Below, piece by piece: positions 1 to 10,600 of a DNA stretch of 64,000 bases. A program made the position numbers and the translations under genes. The notes under the pieces are model-generated. The model was not told where the DNA came from. It saw only the letters and a list, made by a program, of their open reading frames with translations, and did not search any database. Source of the DNA: Selaginella moellendorffii (Eukaryota > Plantae > Lycopodiophyta); NCBI RefSeq assembly GCF_000143415.4, contig NW_003314296.1, positions 62,001 to 126,000 on the forward strand. Reading direction: 5' to 3'. The first letter of the stretch is position 1, and every line of letters begins with the position of its first letter.

Positions 1-1345
1 GATACTCCCGAAAGAAAGATGAAGCGGTCACTGACTTATTCGCAAAGTCCCTCTGTTACTCACGCGACTCCTCATTTCCCGGATGCATCTCGGTGTCTAG
101 ACCTTCCATTGTAGCAGCACCAACAAGACGTTGTTGATGCCAAGGTCTCCACCCAAGAAATGGAGGTCGCCAATCCAGAAAACACTGATAACGCTGATAA
201 GTGTGATCAATTTCATCATATGCCCAATAGTGAATGTCACAACCACGACCACATTGTCGCCTTTGTCCTTGGACTCGAGCAGTAGCAGCATCAACCTCCA
301 TTGGAACAAGACCATCACCCACAGGAAGTGGAGTGGAAGGATGGGAAGTGAGAAGTAGAAGAGGCAACATCTCATAACATTATGCCAAACAAAGAGTATC
401 GTCAAAAGTGGCTAAAGCAAGTGTATACACAAGTCCGACAAAAGTGCTAGCCACAACATTCCTAGCTTGATCCGCTCCAACATATTTGGCTCCGCATGAA
501 GCAAAAGGCTTCAGAAACGAACGCCAAATTGCATTGGCCCTTGATGAAAACAATGCAATTATTGGAAGGCATTATCATAATTGTCAGCATGTCCGAATGT
601 GCATTTGAAGATGTCTAGGATAACACTCTAATCCCCATGAGTGGCTACACTCAAACCATTGTACCACTGCAATGCCATCCCTTGGAGACATGTGGGAAAC
701 TCATGCAAACATCGAGCATCATCCCAAAAATGATATATAGCAATCACCGTGAAATGATCAAACCAATGGTACACATCATCCCTAGGATTCCCATAAAAGA
801 ACTCCAGCCGAATGTGAGGATTGGCACCAAGAGCAGGAGGAGTTGTACCACGTGCCATGAACGCCGCTATCAATTGAGTTTGGTTGTTCAATTGCAATCA
901 CACGGCATCAAGCAAATGCACTAACTGCTATTCTAGAGTTAGAGGAGGAGATTATTGCCCTAAAAATGAATGAAAAGGAAAGAGCAAAAGAAGAGAAATG
1001 AGAAGAAAACTAAAAGGAAAAGGGGATCTAGACAATAGAAAAGCTAGATCTAAACCAAAATCTTGAAAGGAAATAAACAAAAGAAAGGAAATAGAAAAAG
1101 CTACATCTAAACAATGCAAAAGTTAGATATAAACCAAAATTCTAAATCCAAACACTCCTCAAGAATAATGAAAGATGCCCTTTATCTCCATCAATGTGAG
1201 TGCTTGGAATATGGAAAGGGAATACAAAACTGTGTATATTAATTAGCCCAACATATATACAAAAGCAAGTGGTCCGGATTGAAACTAATCTGACAGCTAC
1301 CAAAATCCCACTACATTAATATTAGTATATCATTATAACTATACA
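1..1345 (-). mobile_element. Degenerate short-LTR retroelement (5' LTR 1195-1345, tRNA-Ala-like PBS 1174-1193, gag remnant); continues beyond window start
   Basis: ORF 628-897 is retrotransposon gag-like (FFYGNPRDDVYHWFDHF...LQGMALQWYNGL) and a PMEVD motif follows. 1195-1345 has TG..CA ends and matches 59507-59668. The adjacent GATGCCCTTTATCTCCATCA resembles a tRNA-Ala 3' end. Confidence 0.7.
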
Positions 1346-2584
1346 TTTGGCCCTCACAGAATTAATTGTGTAGTACACTTTATCTCTCTCCCTTTAATCA
1401 ATTAGAAAAGGGGCAATTGTTTAAATGGGTATTTTATCTTTATATATCCCTTAAAGTTCCAAAAATTCATAATGATAATATATGTAATTTTTATTTTGTG
1501 ATCACATAAACTACACTCACCCCCTTTAAAGATATTAATGTTCATGTGAAATAATTACTCATCCCCTTGTATTGCAATCTTATATTAGTGTAAGTGACTA
1601 AATTTTTCCATTTTACTTTAGTCACTTCACCGCATCTCCAACCACTTGGAGGAGTCTCACTTACAACCTCCATAAGTCCTATTTCAAACTTGGGCTTGCT
1701 ATCCCCTAGAATGGCATCCCCGCCACTCAACCTTTGCACTTGGTCTAAGTGCCCCACATGTCCGATCCCATGACCGATACCCCAAGGTACCACTGACATA
1801 TCAGCCCGTTACGCTAAGGCCATGCCCCTTTACCTTGGTCACACCGGTGGTCTAACACCACCTGCATCACAGTCCCATCTCTCAAGGACTGGGCCATCCG
1901 TCCATGAGTGATCATTCCAGATCCACTCTTTAGCATCCTTAGGATGCCCACAGACATGGGGAATAGCCTTCCCCAATATCCTTTTTCCGGTCTTCACCAA
2001 GTCCCTTTCTGCCCATGGCCGTGTTCGCCAACACTGCCACTGGATCGAGGCTCACAGGCCCGACCACTAAGTCCCACGGTCCGCTGGGACTTCCTCACCA
2101 CTCAACTGTATCCTTGGTCACTACACTAGAGGACTACTCCTCTTCCTTTCCACAGTCTGGGCCTTTGGGACAACATTTCGGAACACCGTGGCCCTACGCG
2201 GGCCTCATGGGTACTCTCCCTGCCTTTCGCCTTTGGGTGCTCTAGCCATAGGCTTAGAGTGAGGTTCCGTTGAGCCACACCAGGTATCCAAGTAGGTAGT
2301 GCCACCCATACTTGGACTGGGAGCATCGGCCAGTCAATCTCCCGGGGAAATTAGAGCCGGCTCTTGAACACTTCACCAAGCTACCCCGCTTGTGGTCCGT
2401 ATTCAGTCTAGTCTTGGACTTCCCAGTGCTCAGTTCATCACCCAACACTGGGTCTGGCCTTCCTGGGCCAAACTGGCCTTCCCTGGCCAAACTGGCTCCA
2501 CTGTAGTCCTTCCCCTTACTATACTTTTGGAGCTCACCAAACCCCCCAGGGTCTTGGAGACGAATGCTTTGGGCTTTCACCCTC

Positions 2585-2925
2585 TCAGACTCGAACTCGG
2601 ACTCAGACTCGGACTTGGACTTGGACTTGGACTCGGACTCGGCCTCGGTCTCGATCTCGGTCTCGGTCTCGATCTTGGTCTCAGTCTCGGTCTCGGTCTC
2701 GGTCCCAGTCTCGGTCTCAACCTCGGACTCCATCTCGGGTCCTTCTCGAACTCCATCTCGGATTCCATCTCGGATCCATCTCGGACTCCATCTCGGACTC
2801 CATCTCGGACTCTGTCTCGGTCCACCTCGAACTCCATCTCGGACTCCATCTCGGACTCCGTCTCGGTCCATCTCGGACTCCATCTCAGTCCACCCCGAAC
2901 TCCGTCTCGGTCCATCTCAGACTCT
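2585..2925. repeat. Tandem array of 6-mers (CTCGGW/CTTGGA) grading into 12-mers (CCATCTCGGACT)
   Basis: Directly visible; it produces the low-complexity ORFs on both strands. Confidence 0.95.
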
Positions 2926-3069
2926 TCCACGTGTCATGTGTTGGTCCTTTTTGGGTCCCTTTTGGGAGTCTTGCTTATTGGTTGCCTCGTGCTCGCTCCT
3001 CGAGCACTTTTGTTGGGAGTTCCACTCCCGCTCTCGACCTTCCAAGTCGGAGTTTTTAGTCCAAACGTG

Positions 3070-3430
3070 TGTCAGGAATCCCCTAATTCTTGCCACATTC
3101 TTGACTCTCGCCGGATTCCTGACCTGCAGACCACATTCCTGACTCTCGAGACACTTCCCTATTCCTGAGTCTCGAGACACTTCCCGATTCTTGAGTCTCG
3201 AGCCACATTCCTGATGATGATGTGGTGCCTCCTCGACCTCAGCTGTATTTAGGCCGTCCTCGATCCAAGAGTGGTGGAGCTTCATCAACCTATAGTATAT
3301 ATAGGTTAGCCTTGTTCCATTTCTCCACAATCTGAATCAACACCAGTCTAAGGCCTCTTCTTTGTTTTCACTAGCTTTTTCTCTTTGTCTTTAGCATTTT
3401 CCAATCTTGATCTTATTGGGGGTCTTGACA
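3070..3430 (+). repeat. LTR1 (361 bp)
   Basis: TG..CA termini, TATATATA at 3296-3303, near-identical to 7293-7679 and 13899-14245. Confidence 0.95.
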
Positions 3431-3432
3431 GT

Positions 3433-3447
3433 TTGATTCAGATTGTG
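3433..3447 (+). promoter_or_regulatory. Self-priming primer-binding site
   Basis: TTGATTCAGATTGTG is the exact reverse complement of LTR positions 3326-3340. There is no TGG tRNA-type PBS. Confidence 0.8.
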
Positions 3448-3528
3448 CTTTTTGCTTTTCTTTTAGCTCGTTTTGATTATTTGATTGCCTTTGTCTTTTT
3501 CCCCCTTTTCTTTTCTTTCTTCTTGCCA

Positions 3529-4500
3529 ATGGAGTCTCCAAGCCATCCTGATTTCTTTGCCGAAGTCCTTGCAAAAATCCAGTCTGAGAATACCGAGCTG
3601 AAGGCGACCCTTCTTCGCATGCAGCAGGAGCTTGCTTCACTTTCGGCTCAAGGATCCAGCAAAGTTCCTAAACCGAAGGTGAGTTTCCCGGCGAAATTTT
3701 CAGGCAAGCGTTCGGAGCTTCGTGGATTTTTGAACCAAATGGAGCTGATCTTTGCACTTCAACATCGGCGGTACCCCACTCTCGAGTCTCAAATCGGCGC
3801 GATTGGGACGTTGCTCGAGGGTGCAACTTTGTCATGGTTTTCTCCTCTTCTGGAGAAGAGCATGAAAGGGGTTGTGGTTCCGGAGCTGATGGATCTTCAA
3901 TTGTTCAAAGAGAAGCTCGAAGCATGTTTTGGCGAGACGGATCGGGTTCGGGCTGCTACCACAAAGATGAGACGTCTCTCTCAGGGGTCTCGTCCTGCCT
4001 CGATCTACGCTGCAGAGTTCCAACTCCTTGCCTTGGACACTCAGTGGGATGAGCAGGCCCTGATTGACCAATTTCATTTTGGCCTCAACAACGGTGTCAA
4101 GGATTTGTTGCTCACCATGGAGGATCCCAAGGACCTGTCGGACGCCATCAACAAAGCTGTTCGATGTGACAATCGTCTCTTTGAACGTCGTCAGGAAAGT
4201 CGCCGCGCCGCTGTTTTTCCGTCCCAGACTCAGGAATCCCAGCTTGAGTCTTCGGGGCATAGTCCTGAACCTACTGCTCCGGTCCCGATGGATATTTCTG
4301 GTACTCCCCGACTCATTAGAGGGAAGTTGAGTCCTGCTGAGAGGCAACGTCGAATATCTCATAATCTTTGCCTCTACTGTGCTGATCCTAATCACAAAGC
4401 AGCTGTGTGTCCCAGGAAGCCTCCCCGATTGCTCGAGTTCACTCTGCCTCAAAGTTCACTTCTGTTGCAATCGGGAAACGACCCTGTCCAAACAGAGTAG
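3529..4500 (+). CDS. gag: Chromovirus Gag (coiled coil, capsid, CCHC knuckle)
   Basis: Motifs PAKFSGKRSELRGFL, PVPMDI and CLYCADPNHKAAVC; first ATG at 3529. Confidence 0.9.
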   Translation: MESPSHPDFFAEVLAKIQSENTELKATLLRMQQELASLSAQGSSKVPKPKVSFPAKFSGKRSELRGFLNQMELIFALQHRRYPTLESQIGAIGTLLEGATLSWFSPLLEKSMKGVVVPELMDLQLFKEKLEACFGETDRVRAATTKMRRLSQGSRPASIYAAEFQLLALDTQWDEQALIDQFHFGLNNGVKDLLLTMEDPKDLSDAINKAVRCDNRLFERRQESRRAAVFPSQTQESQLESSGHSPEPTAPVPMDISGTPRLIRGKLSPAERQRRISHNLCLYCADPNHKAAVCPRKPPRLLEFTLPQSSLLLQSGNDPVQTE

Positions 4501-4522
4501 GAGCTGTCTGTTTGGACTCCCC
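4473..4522 (+). promoter_or_regulatory. -1 ribosomal frameshift signal
   Basis: G_GGA_AAC in the gag frame, a 6-nt spacer, then a perfect 11-bp stem GTCCAAACAGA/TCTGTTTGGAC (4486-4496/4507-4517). The pol ORF is in the -1 frame. Confidence 0.88.
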
Positions 4523-7281
4523 AAATAAAAATCACTTTTCTTCCTTATCAAGCTCCTCACCACCTTTCATCAAAGCCACCACCAATTCCCGCAACTTCCG
4601 CGTCCCATGTCTCCTTTCTTTCACCGGACAATCAGGACTCAAGGCTTTGGCGCTACTGGACTCGGGTGCAACTTCCTGCTTCATGGACACGGACTTTGCT
4701 GCCCGATATCACGTTCCTCTTTCTCCTACCATACGGGATCTGAGGGTTGAAGGCATCGGCGGGCATTTTGTGTCTCCATCTTCTGGACTTAGGGAAACGT
4801 TGCCCGTTCGAGTACACATCGGGTCCACCGTCACCAATATCGCCTTCAACATCATCAACAGCAAGTCCTCCTCTGTGGTGCTCGGTCTTCCTTGGTTCCA
4901 ACTACATCAGCCTCAGATTTGTTGGAAGGACTTACAGCTCATCTCTCCCACATCACCATCTCCCACGGCTTCCCCTGGTGTTCATCGAGTCCGAATCAGG
5001 AAAAGTTCCCTAAACTCAAGTCGGGGTTCTATTCCTGACTCTACGAAGTTTTCATCCTCTTCTTTTTCCTCTCTTCCATCTTACACTGGACAGTATCCTC
5101 GTCTCATCATTCCATTTAGTCGTACCCCTTCTCCTATCTCCACAATCACTATGAAAGAACTCCTTCATGAAGAACCTCTTTTTCTTTTTGCTTTGCATGT
5201 TTCTCCTGTCAGTCTTCCTGAGAAGTATCATGATTTTGGGGATGTGTTTGACAAGAAAAAAGCTAGTGTACTGCCTGTTCATCGGCCTTATGATTGTCCC
5301 ATTGATTTACAGGAAGGAGCGTCACCTCCGTGGGGGCCTATCTACGGGTTATCCCCGTCCGAGCTTAAAGCCCTCAAAGAGTACGTGGATGAGAACCTTG
5401 CCTCGGGCTACATTCAACATTCGCAGTCCCCGGCTGGAGGGGGCGAGCCATCAAACAACAGTCTGGACGGATCACAAAAATCTTGAGTACTTTGCCAGTT
5501 CCCGAGTTTTAAGCCGTCATCAAGCAAGGTGGGCACAATTCCTGAGTCGATTTGACTTTGTTATCAAGTACAGACCTGGAAAGTTTCAAGGCCTTCTTGA
5601 TGCTCTTTCAAGGCGCTCCTATCTCAGTCTCAGGCCTGGTAATCCTGCCTTCGATCAACAGAATCAAGTTATCCTCGGTCCTGATCGGCTTCAAGTTATG
5701 GCAATTTCCCTGGCCCCTCAGGACTCCTCCTTGATGGATGCAATCAGAAACGATCTTCAATCCGATGATCTCGCTAGCGACATTTTCCCCCATCTTCAGG
5801 CTGGACACCCAGTGACTCCCGACTGTCGGCGATTTGACGAGTTTGAGTTCTTAGATGGCTTATTGTACCGTGGGGAGCAGCTTTACGTTCCTGAAGGTGA
5901 TGCTCGAAGGTTGGTCCTGATTGCGTGCCACGATAGCCCGACTGCTGGTCACTTCGGCATTGCGAAAACCTATGAGCTAGTTGCACGGGACTTTTGGTGG
6001 CCTCACATGGACGACTACATCAAAGCTTTTGTTACCTCCTGTGACACTTGTGCCCGGAATAAGGTACCTCGCCACCTTCCTTCAGGTTTGCTTCGTTCCC
6101 TTCCGGTCCCTTCAGGTCCTTGGGAATCCATCTCCATGGATTTCTTGAGTGATCTTCTGAGTTCTGGAGGCTTCAACAGCATTTTAGTCGTGGTGGATCG
6201 CTTCACAAAGATGGCGCACTTCTTGCCATGTACCAAGGAGTTTTCGGGCGAGGACATGGCAAAACTGGTATTCAGGGAAATTTTCCGACTTCATGGGATT
6301 CCTACAGATGTGGTTTCGGATCGGGGGCCTCAGTTCATCTCTCATTTCTGGCAACGGTTTTTGCAGCTGCTTGGAGTGAAGGCCAACCTCTCTTCGGCAT
6401 ATCATCCTCAAACTGATGGGCAGTCCGAGCGAACGATTCAGACGTTGGAACAATTCTTGAGGTGCTTCATCAACTATCATCAGGATAACTGGTTCGATAT
6501 CCTTCCCCTTGCTGAGTTTTCCTATAACAACTCTGTTCACTCCTCTCTTCGAGTTTCCCCCTTCTTTGCGAACTCTGGCCGAAATCCCCGATTCAATCTC
6601 TCACTTCCTTCTCCATCTGAATCCTCTCGTTCAAATCCCCGCTCTGAGGCATTTATCTCCAACCTCCAGGAAATCCACAACTCCATCTCCTTCCACCTCC
6701 ATCGTGCTCAGGAATCTCATAAAACATTTGCCAATGTCCATCGTCAGGATTGTCCCCCTTACAATATCGGGGATAAAGTCTGGCTCCTCAGGCGAAATAT
6801 CTCCACCACCAGGCCCTGTCCAAAACTCGATTTCAAACGCCTTGGTCCTTTCCCTATCACTGCCATCATTAATCCTGTCACTTATCACCTTGCACTTCCC
6901 TCCTCATATCAAATTCACCCCGTTTTTCACTCCTCTCTTCTTGAGCCTTATATTCCTAGTCTTATTCCAAATCGGGTCATTCCTCCGCCTCCACCAGTGC
7001 AGCTCGAGGATGGGTCTGAGTACGAGGTTCAGGACATCCTTGATTCCAAGATTTCACAGTCTAAACTCTACTATCTGGTGGACTGGAAGGGTTACGGACC
7101 TGAGGAACGCACTTGGGAACCTGCGGACAACCTGATTCATTCTCCTGACCTTGTTCAGGACTTCCACCGCCGCTATCCTTCTCGTCCCAGTCCTCATACT
7201 TTTTCTCCATCTCCCATCCCTCGCCGCTCATCTCATCCTCCTCTTCGTTCTCGTTCACATCCTCGTTTCACTCGTTCTTGA
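4473..7281 (+). pseudogene. pol: pol: protease, RT core deleted, RNase H C-terminus, integrase, chromodomain
   Basis: LLDSGAT (PR). At 5435-5439 the sequence jumps from the RT N-terminus to [17 protein letters not shown]. Integrase has HHCC, SDRGPQF, QTDGQSER and GPF; chromodomain YEVQDILD...YLVDWKGY. Confidence 0.9.
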
Positions 7282-7292
7282 GGAGCGGGTGC

Positions 7293-7679
7293 TGTCAGGA
7301 ATCCCCCAATTCTTGCCACATTCCTGACTCTCACCGGATTCCTGACCTACAGACCACATTCCTGACTCTCGAGACACTTCCCTATTCCTGACTCTCGAGA
7401 CACTTCCCTATTCCTAACTCTCGAGACACTTCCCGATTCCTAAGTCTCGAGCCACATTCCTGATGATGATGTGGCGCCTCCTCGACCTCAGCTATATTTA
7501 GGCCGTCCTCGATCCAAGAGTGGTGGAGCTTCATCAACCTATAGTATATATAGGTTAGCCTTGTTCCATTTCTCCACAATCTGAATCAACACCAATCTAA
7601 GGCTTCTTCTTTGTTTTCACTAGCTTTTTCTCTTTGTCTTTAGCATTTTCCAGTCTTGATCTTGTTGGGGGTCTTGACA
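7293..7679 (+). repeat. LTR2 (387 bp, one extra 26-bp unit), preceded by PPT GAGGAGCGGG
   Basis: TG..CA termini; aligns to LTR1 with a 26-bp insertion. Confidence 0.95.
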
Positions 7680-10600
7680 AATGAGAAGGATAGCAGCGGT
7701 GGAAGTCCTGAACAAGGTCAGGAGAATGAATCAGGTTGTCCGCAGGTTCCCAAGTGCGTTCCTCAGGTCCGTAACCCTTCCAGTCCACCAGATAGTAGAG
7801 TTTAGACCATGAAATCTTGGAATCAAGGATGTCCTGAACCTCGTACTCAGACCCATCCTCAAGCTGCACTGGTGGAGGCGGAGGAATGACCCGATTTAGA
7901 ATAGGACTGGGAATATAAGGCTCAAGGAGAGAGGAGTGAAAAACGGGGTGAATTTGATATGAGGAGGGAAGTGCAAGGCGATAAGTGACAGGATTAATGA
8001 TGGCAGTGATAGGGAAAGGACCAAGGCATTTGAAATCGAGTTTTGGACAGGGCCTGGTGGTGGAGATATTTCGCCTGAGGAGCCAGACTTTATCCCCGAT
8101 ATTGTAAGGGGGACAATCCTGACGATGGACATTGGCAAATGTTTTATGAGATTCCTGAGCACGATGGAGGTGGAAGGAGATGGAGTTGTGGATTTCCTGG
8201 AGGTTGGAGATAAATGCCTCAGAGCGGGGATTTGAACGAGAGGATTCAGATGGAGAAGGAAGTGAGAGATTGAATCGGGGATTTCGGCCAGAGTTCGCAA
8301 AGAAGGGGGAAACTCGAAGAGAGGAGTGAACAGAGTTGTTATAGGAAAACTCAGCAAGGGGAAGGATATCGAACCAGTTATCCTGATGATAGTTGATGAA
8401 GCACCTCAAGAATTGTTCCAACGTCTGAATCGTTCGCTCGGACTGCCCATCAGTTTGAGGATGATATGCCGAAGAGAGGTTGGCCTTCACTCCAAGCAGC
8501 TGCAAAAACCGTTGCCAGAAATGAGAGATGAACTGAGGCCCCCGATCCGAAACCACATCTGTAGGAATCCCATGAAGTCGGAAAATTTCCCTGAATACCA
8601 GTTTTGCCATGTCCTCGCCCGAAAACTCCTTGGTACATGGCAAGAAGTGCGCCATCTTTGTGAAGTGATCCACCACGACTAAAATGCTGTTAAAGCCTCC
8701 AGAACTCAGAAGATCACTCAAGAAATCCATGGAGATGGATTCCCAAGGACCTGAAGGGACCGGAAGGGAACGAAGCAAACCTGAAGGAAGGTGGCGAGGT
8801 ACCTTATTTGGGGCACAAGTGTCACAGGAGGTAACAAAAGCTTTGATGTAGTCGTCCATGTGAGGCCACCAAAAGTCTTGTGCAACTAGCTCATAGGTTT
8901 TCGCAATGCCGAAGTGACCAGCAGTCGGGCTATCGTGGCACACCATCAAGACCAACCTTCGAGCATCACCTTCAGGAACGTAAAGCTGCTCCCCACGGTA
9001 CAATAAGCCATCTAAGAACTCAAACTTGTCAAATCGCCGGCAGTCGGGAGTCACTGGGTGTCCAACCTGAAGATGGGGGAAAATGTCGCTAGCGAGATCA
9101 TCGGATTGAAGATCGTTTCTGATTGCATCCATCAAGGAGGAGTCCTGAGGGGCCAGGGAAATTGCCATAACTTGAAGCCGATCAGGACCGAGGATAACTT
9201 AATCCTGTTGATCGAAGGCAGGATTACCAGGCCTGAGATTGAGATAGGAGTGCCTTGAAAGAGCATCAGGAAGGCCTTGAAACTTTCCAGGTCTGTACTT
9301 GATAACAAAGTCAAACCGACTCAGGAATTGTGCCCACCTTGCTTGACGACGGCTTAAAACTCGGGAAGTGGCAAAGTACTCGAGATTTTTGTGATCCGTC
9401 CAGACTGTTGTTTGATGGCTCGCCCCCTCCAAGAAACGGCGCCACTCTCCAAAGGAATCCACGATGGCAAGGAGCTCCTTGTCGTGGATTTCATAATTGA
9501 TCTCCGCAGGCTAGAATTTCCGAGAATGGAAAGCGACTGGATGAAGTTCGTGATCCGCTCCGAGTTGAGACAGCACAGCACCAATGGCAAAGTCGGAGGC
9601 GTCAGCCTCGATGAAGAAAGGTTGTGAGGAATCAGCATGGATCAAGACAGGAGTAGAACTAAAGGCCGCCTTGAGTGTGTCGAAGGCCTGCTGGGCAGCA
9701 GCAGACCAAGAGAAGGGAACATCCTTGTGAGTGAGATGTGTGAGAGGAAGGACAATGTCAGAGTAGTGATCAATGAATTTGCGGTAGAAGTTGGCGAAGC
9801 CAAGGAAAACCTGAACGTCCGACATTGATTGTGGAGGCTCCCATTCGAGAATAGTCTTGACTTTAGCAGGATCCATCGTGATACCCTCAGGAGTGACAAT
9901 GTACTCAAGGAACTCCACAGACTGCTGATCAAAGGAACATTTCTCAAGCTTCGCGTATAGGCCGTGTTCTCGCAGCTTCGCTAGCACCTTGCGAACATGT
10001 TCGTCATGCTCCTCCTGAGTTTTTGAGTAGATGAGGATGTCATCGAGGTAGACGATCACCATCTGATCAAGAAACTCCCGAAAAACGTCGTTCGCCATGT
10101 GTTGGAAAACTGCTGGAGCATTTGTCAAGCCAAATGGCATGACAGTGTACTCGAAGTGGCCATAGCGGGTTTGGAACGCAGTCTTCCATTCATCACCAGG
10201 CCGGATCCGGATCAGATTGTATGCTCCACGGAGGTCGATCTTGGTGAAGAAGCGGGCACCGCCGAGGCATTCCAACAGGTCCGAGATCAGGGGCAGCGGA
10301 TAACGGTTCCGAACAGTCACCTTGTTCAAACCTCGGTAGTCGATGACTAGCCGCAAGCTCCCATCCTTCTTCTTGACAAAGAAGACAAGCGCTCTAGCTG
10401 GGGACTGCGAATGCTGAATGTAGCCCGAGGCAAGGTTCTCATCCACGTACTCTTTGAGGGCCTTAAGCTCGGACGGGGATAACCCGTAGATAGGCCCCCA
10501 CGGAGGTGACGCTCCTTCCTGTAAATCAATGGGACAATCATAAGGCCGATGAACAGGCAGTACACTAGCTTTTTTCTTGTCAAACACATCCCCAAAATCA

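Noticed and set aside
2254-3168. Long ORFs on both strands (poly-ET, poly-LG, SRTP repeats)
   Set aside because: By-products of stop-free 6/12-mer tandem repeats inside a solo LTR.
3085-3215. Repeat-spacer-like pattern suggesting a CRISPR array
   Set aside because: Contiguous LTR U3 tandem units without unique spacers; no cas genes; eukaryotic context.
3385-3528. Hydrophobic N-terminal extension of Gag (env-like or signal)
   Set aside because: Starts at a non-ATG codon inside the LTR and reflects the T-rich leader; the ATG is at 3529.
3832-4452. 206-aa antisense ORF within gag, present in both copies
   Set aside because: The copies are nearly identical, so conservation is uninformative; no recognisable motifs.
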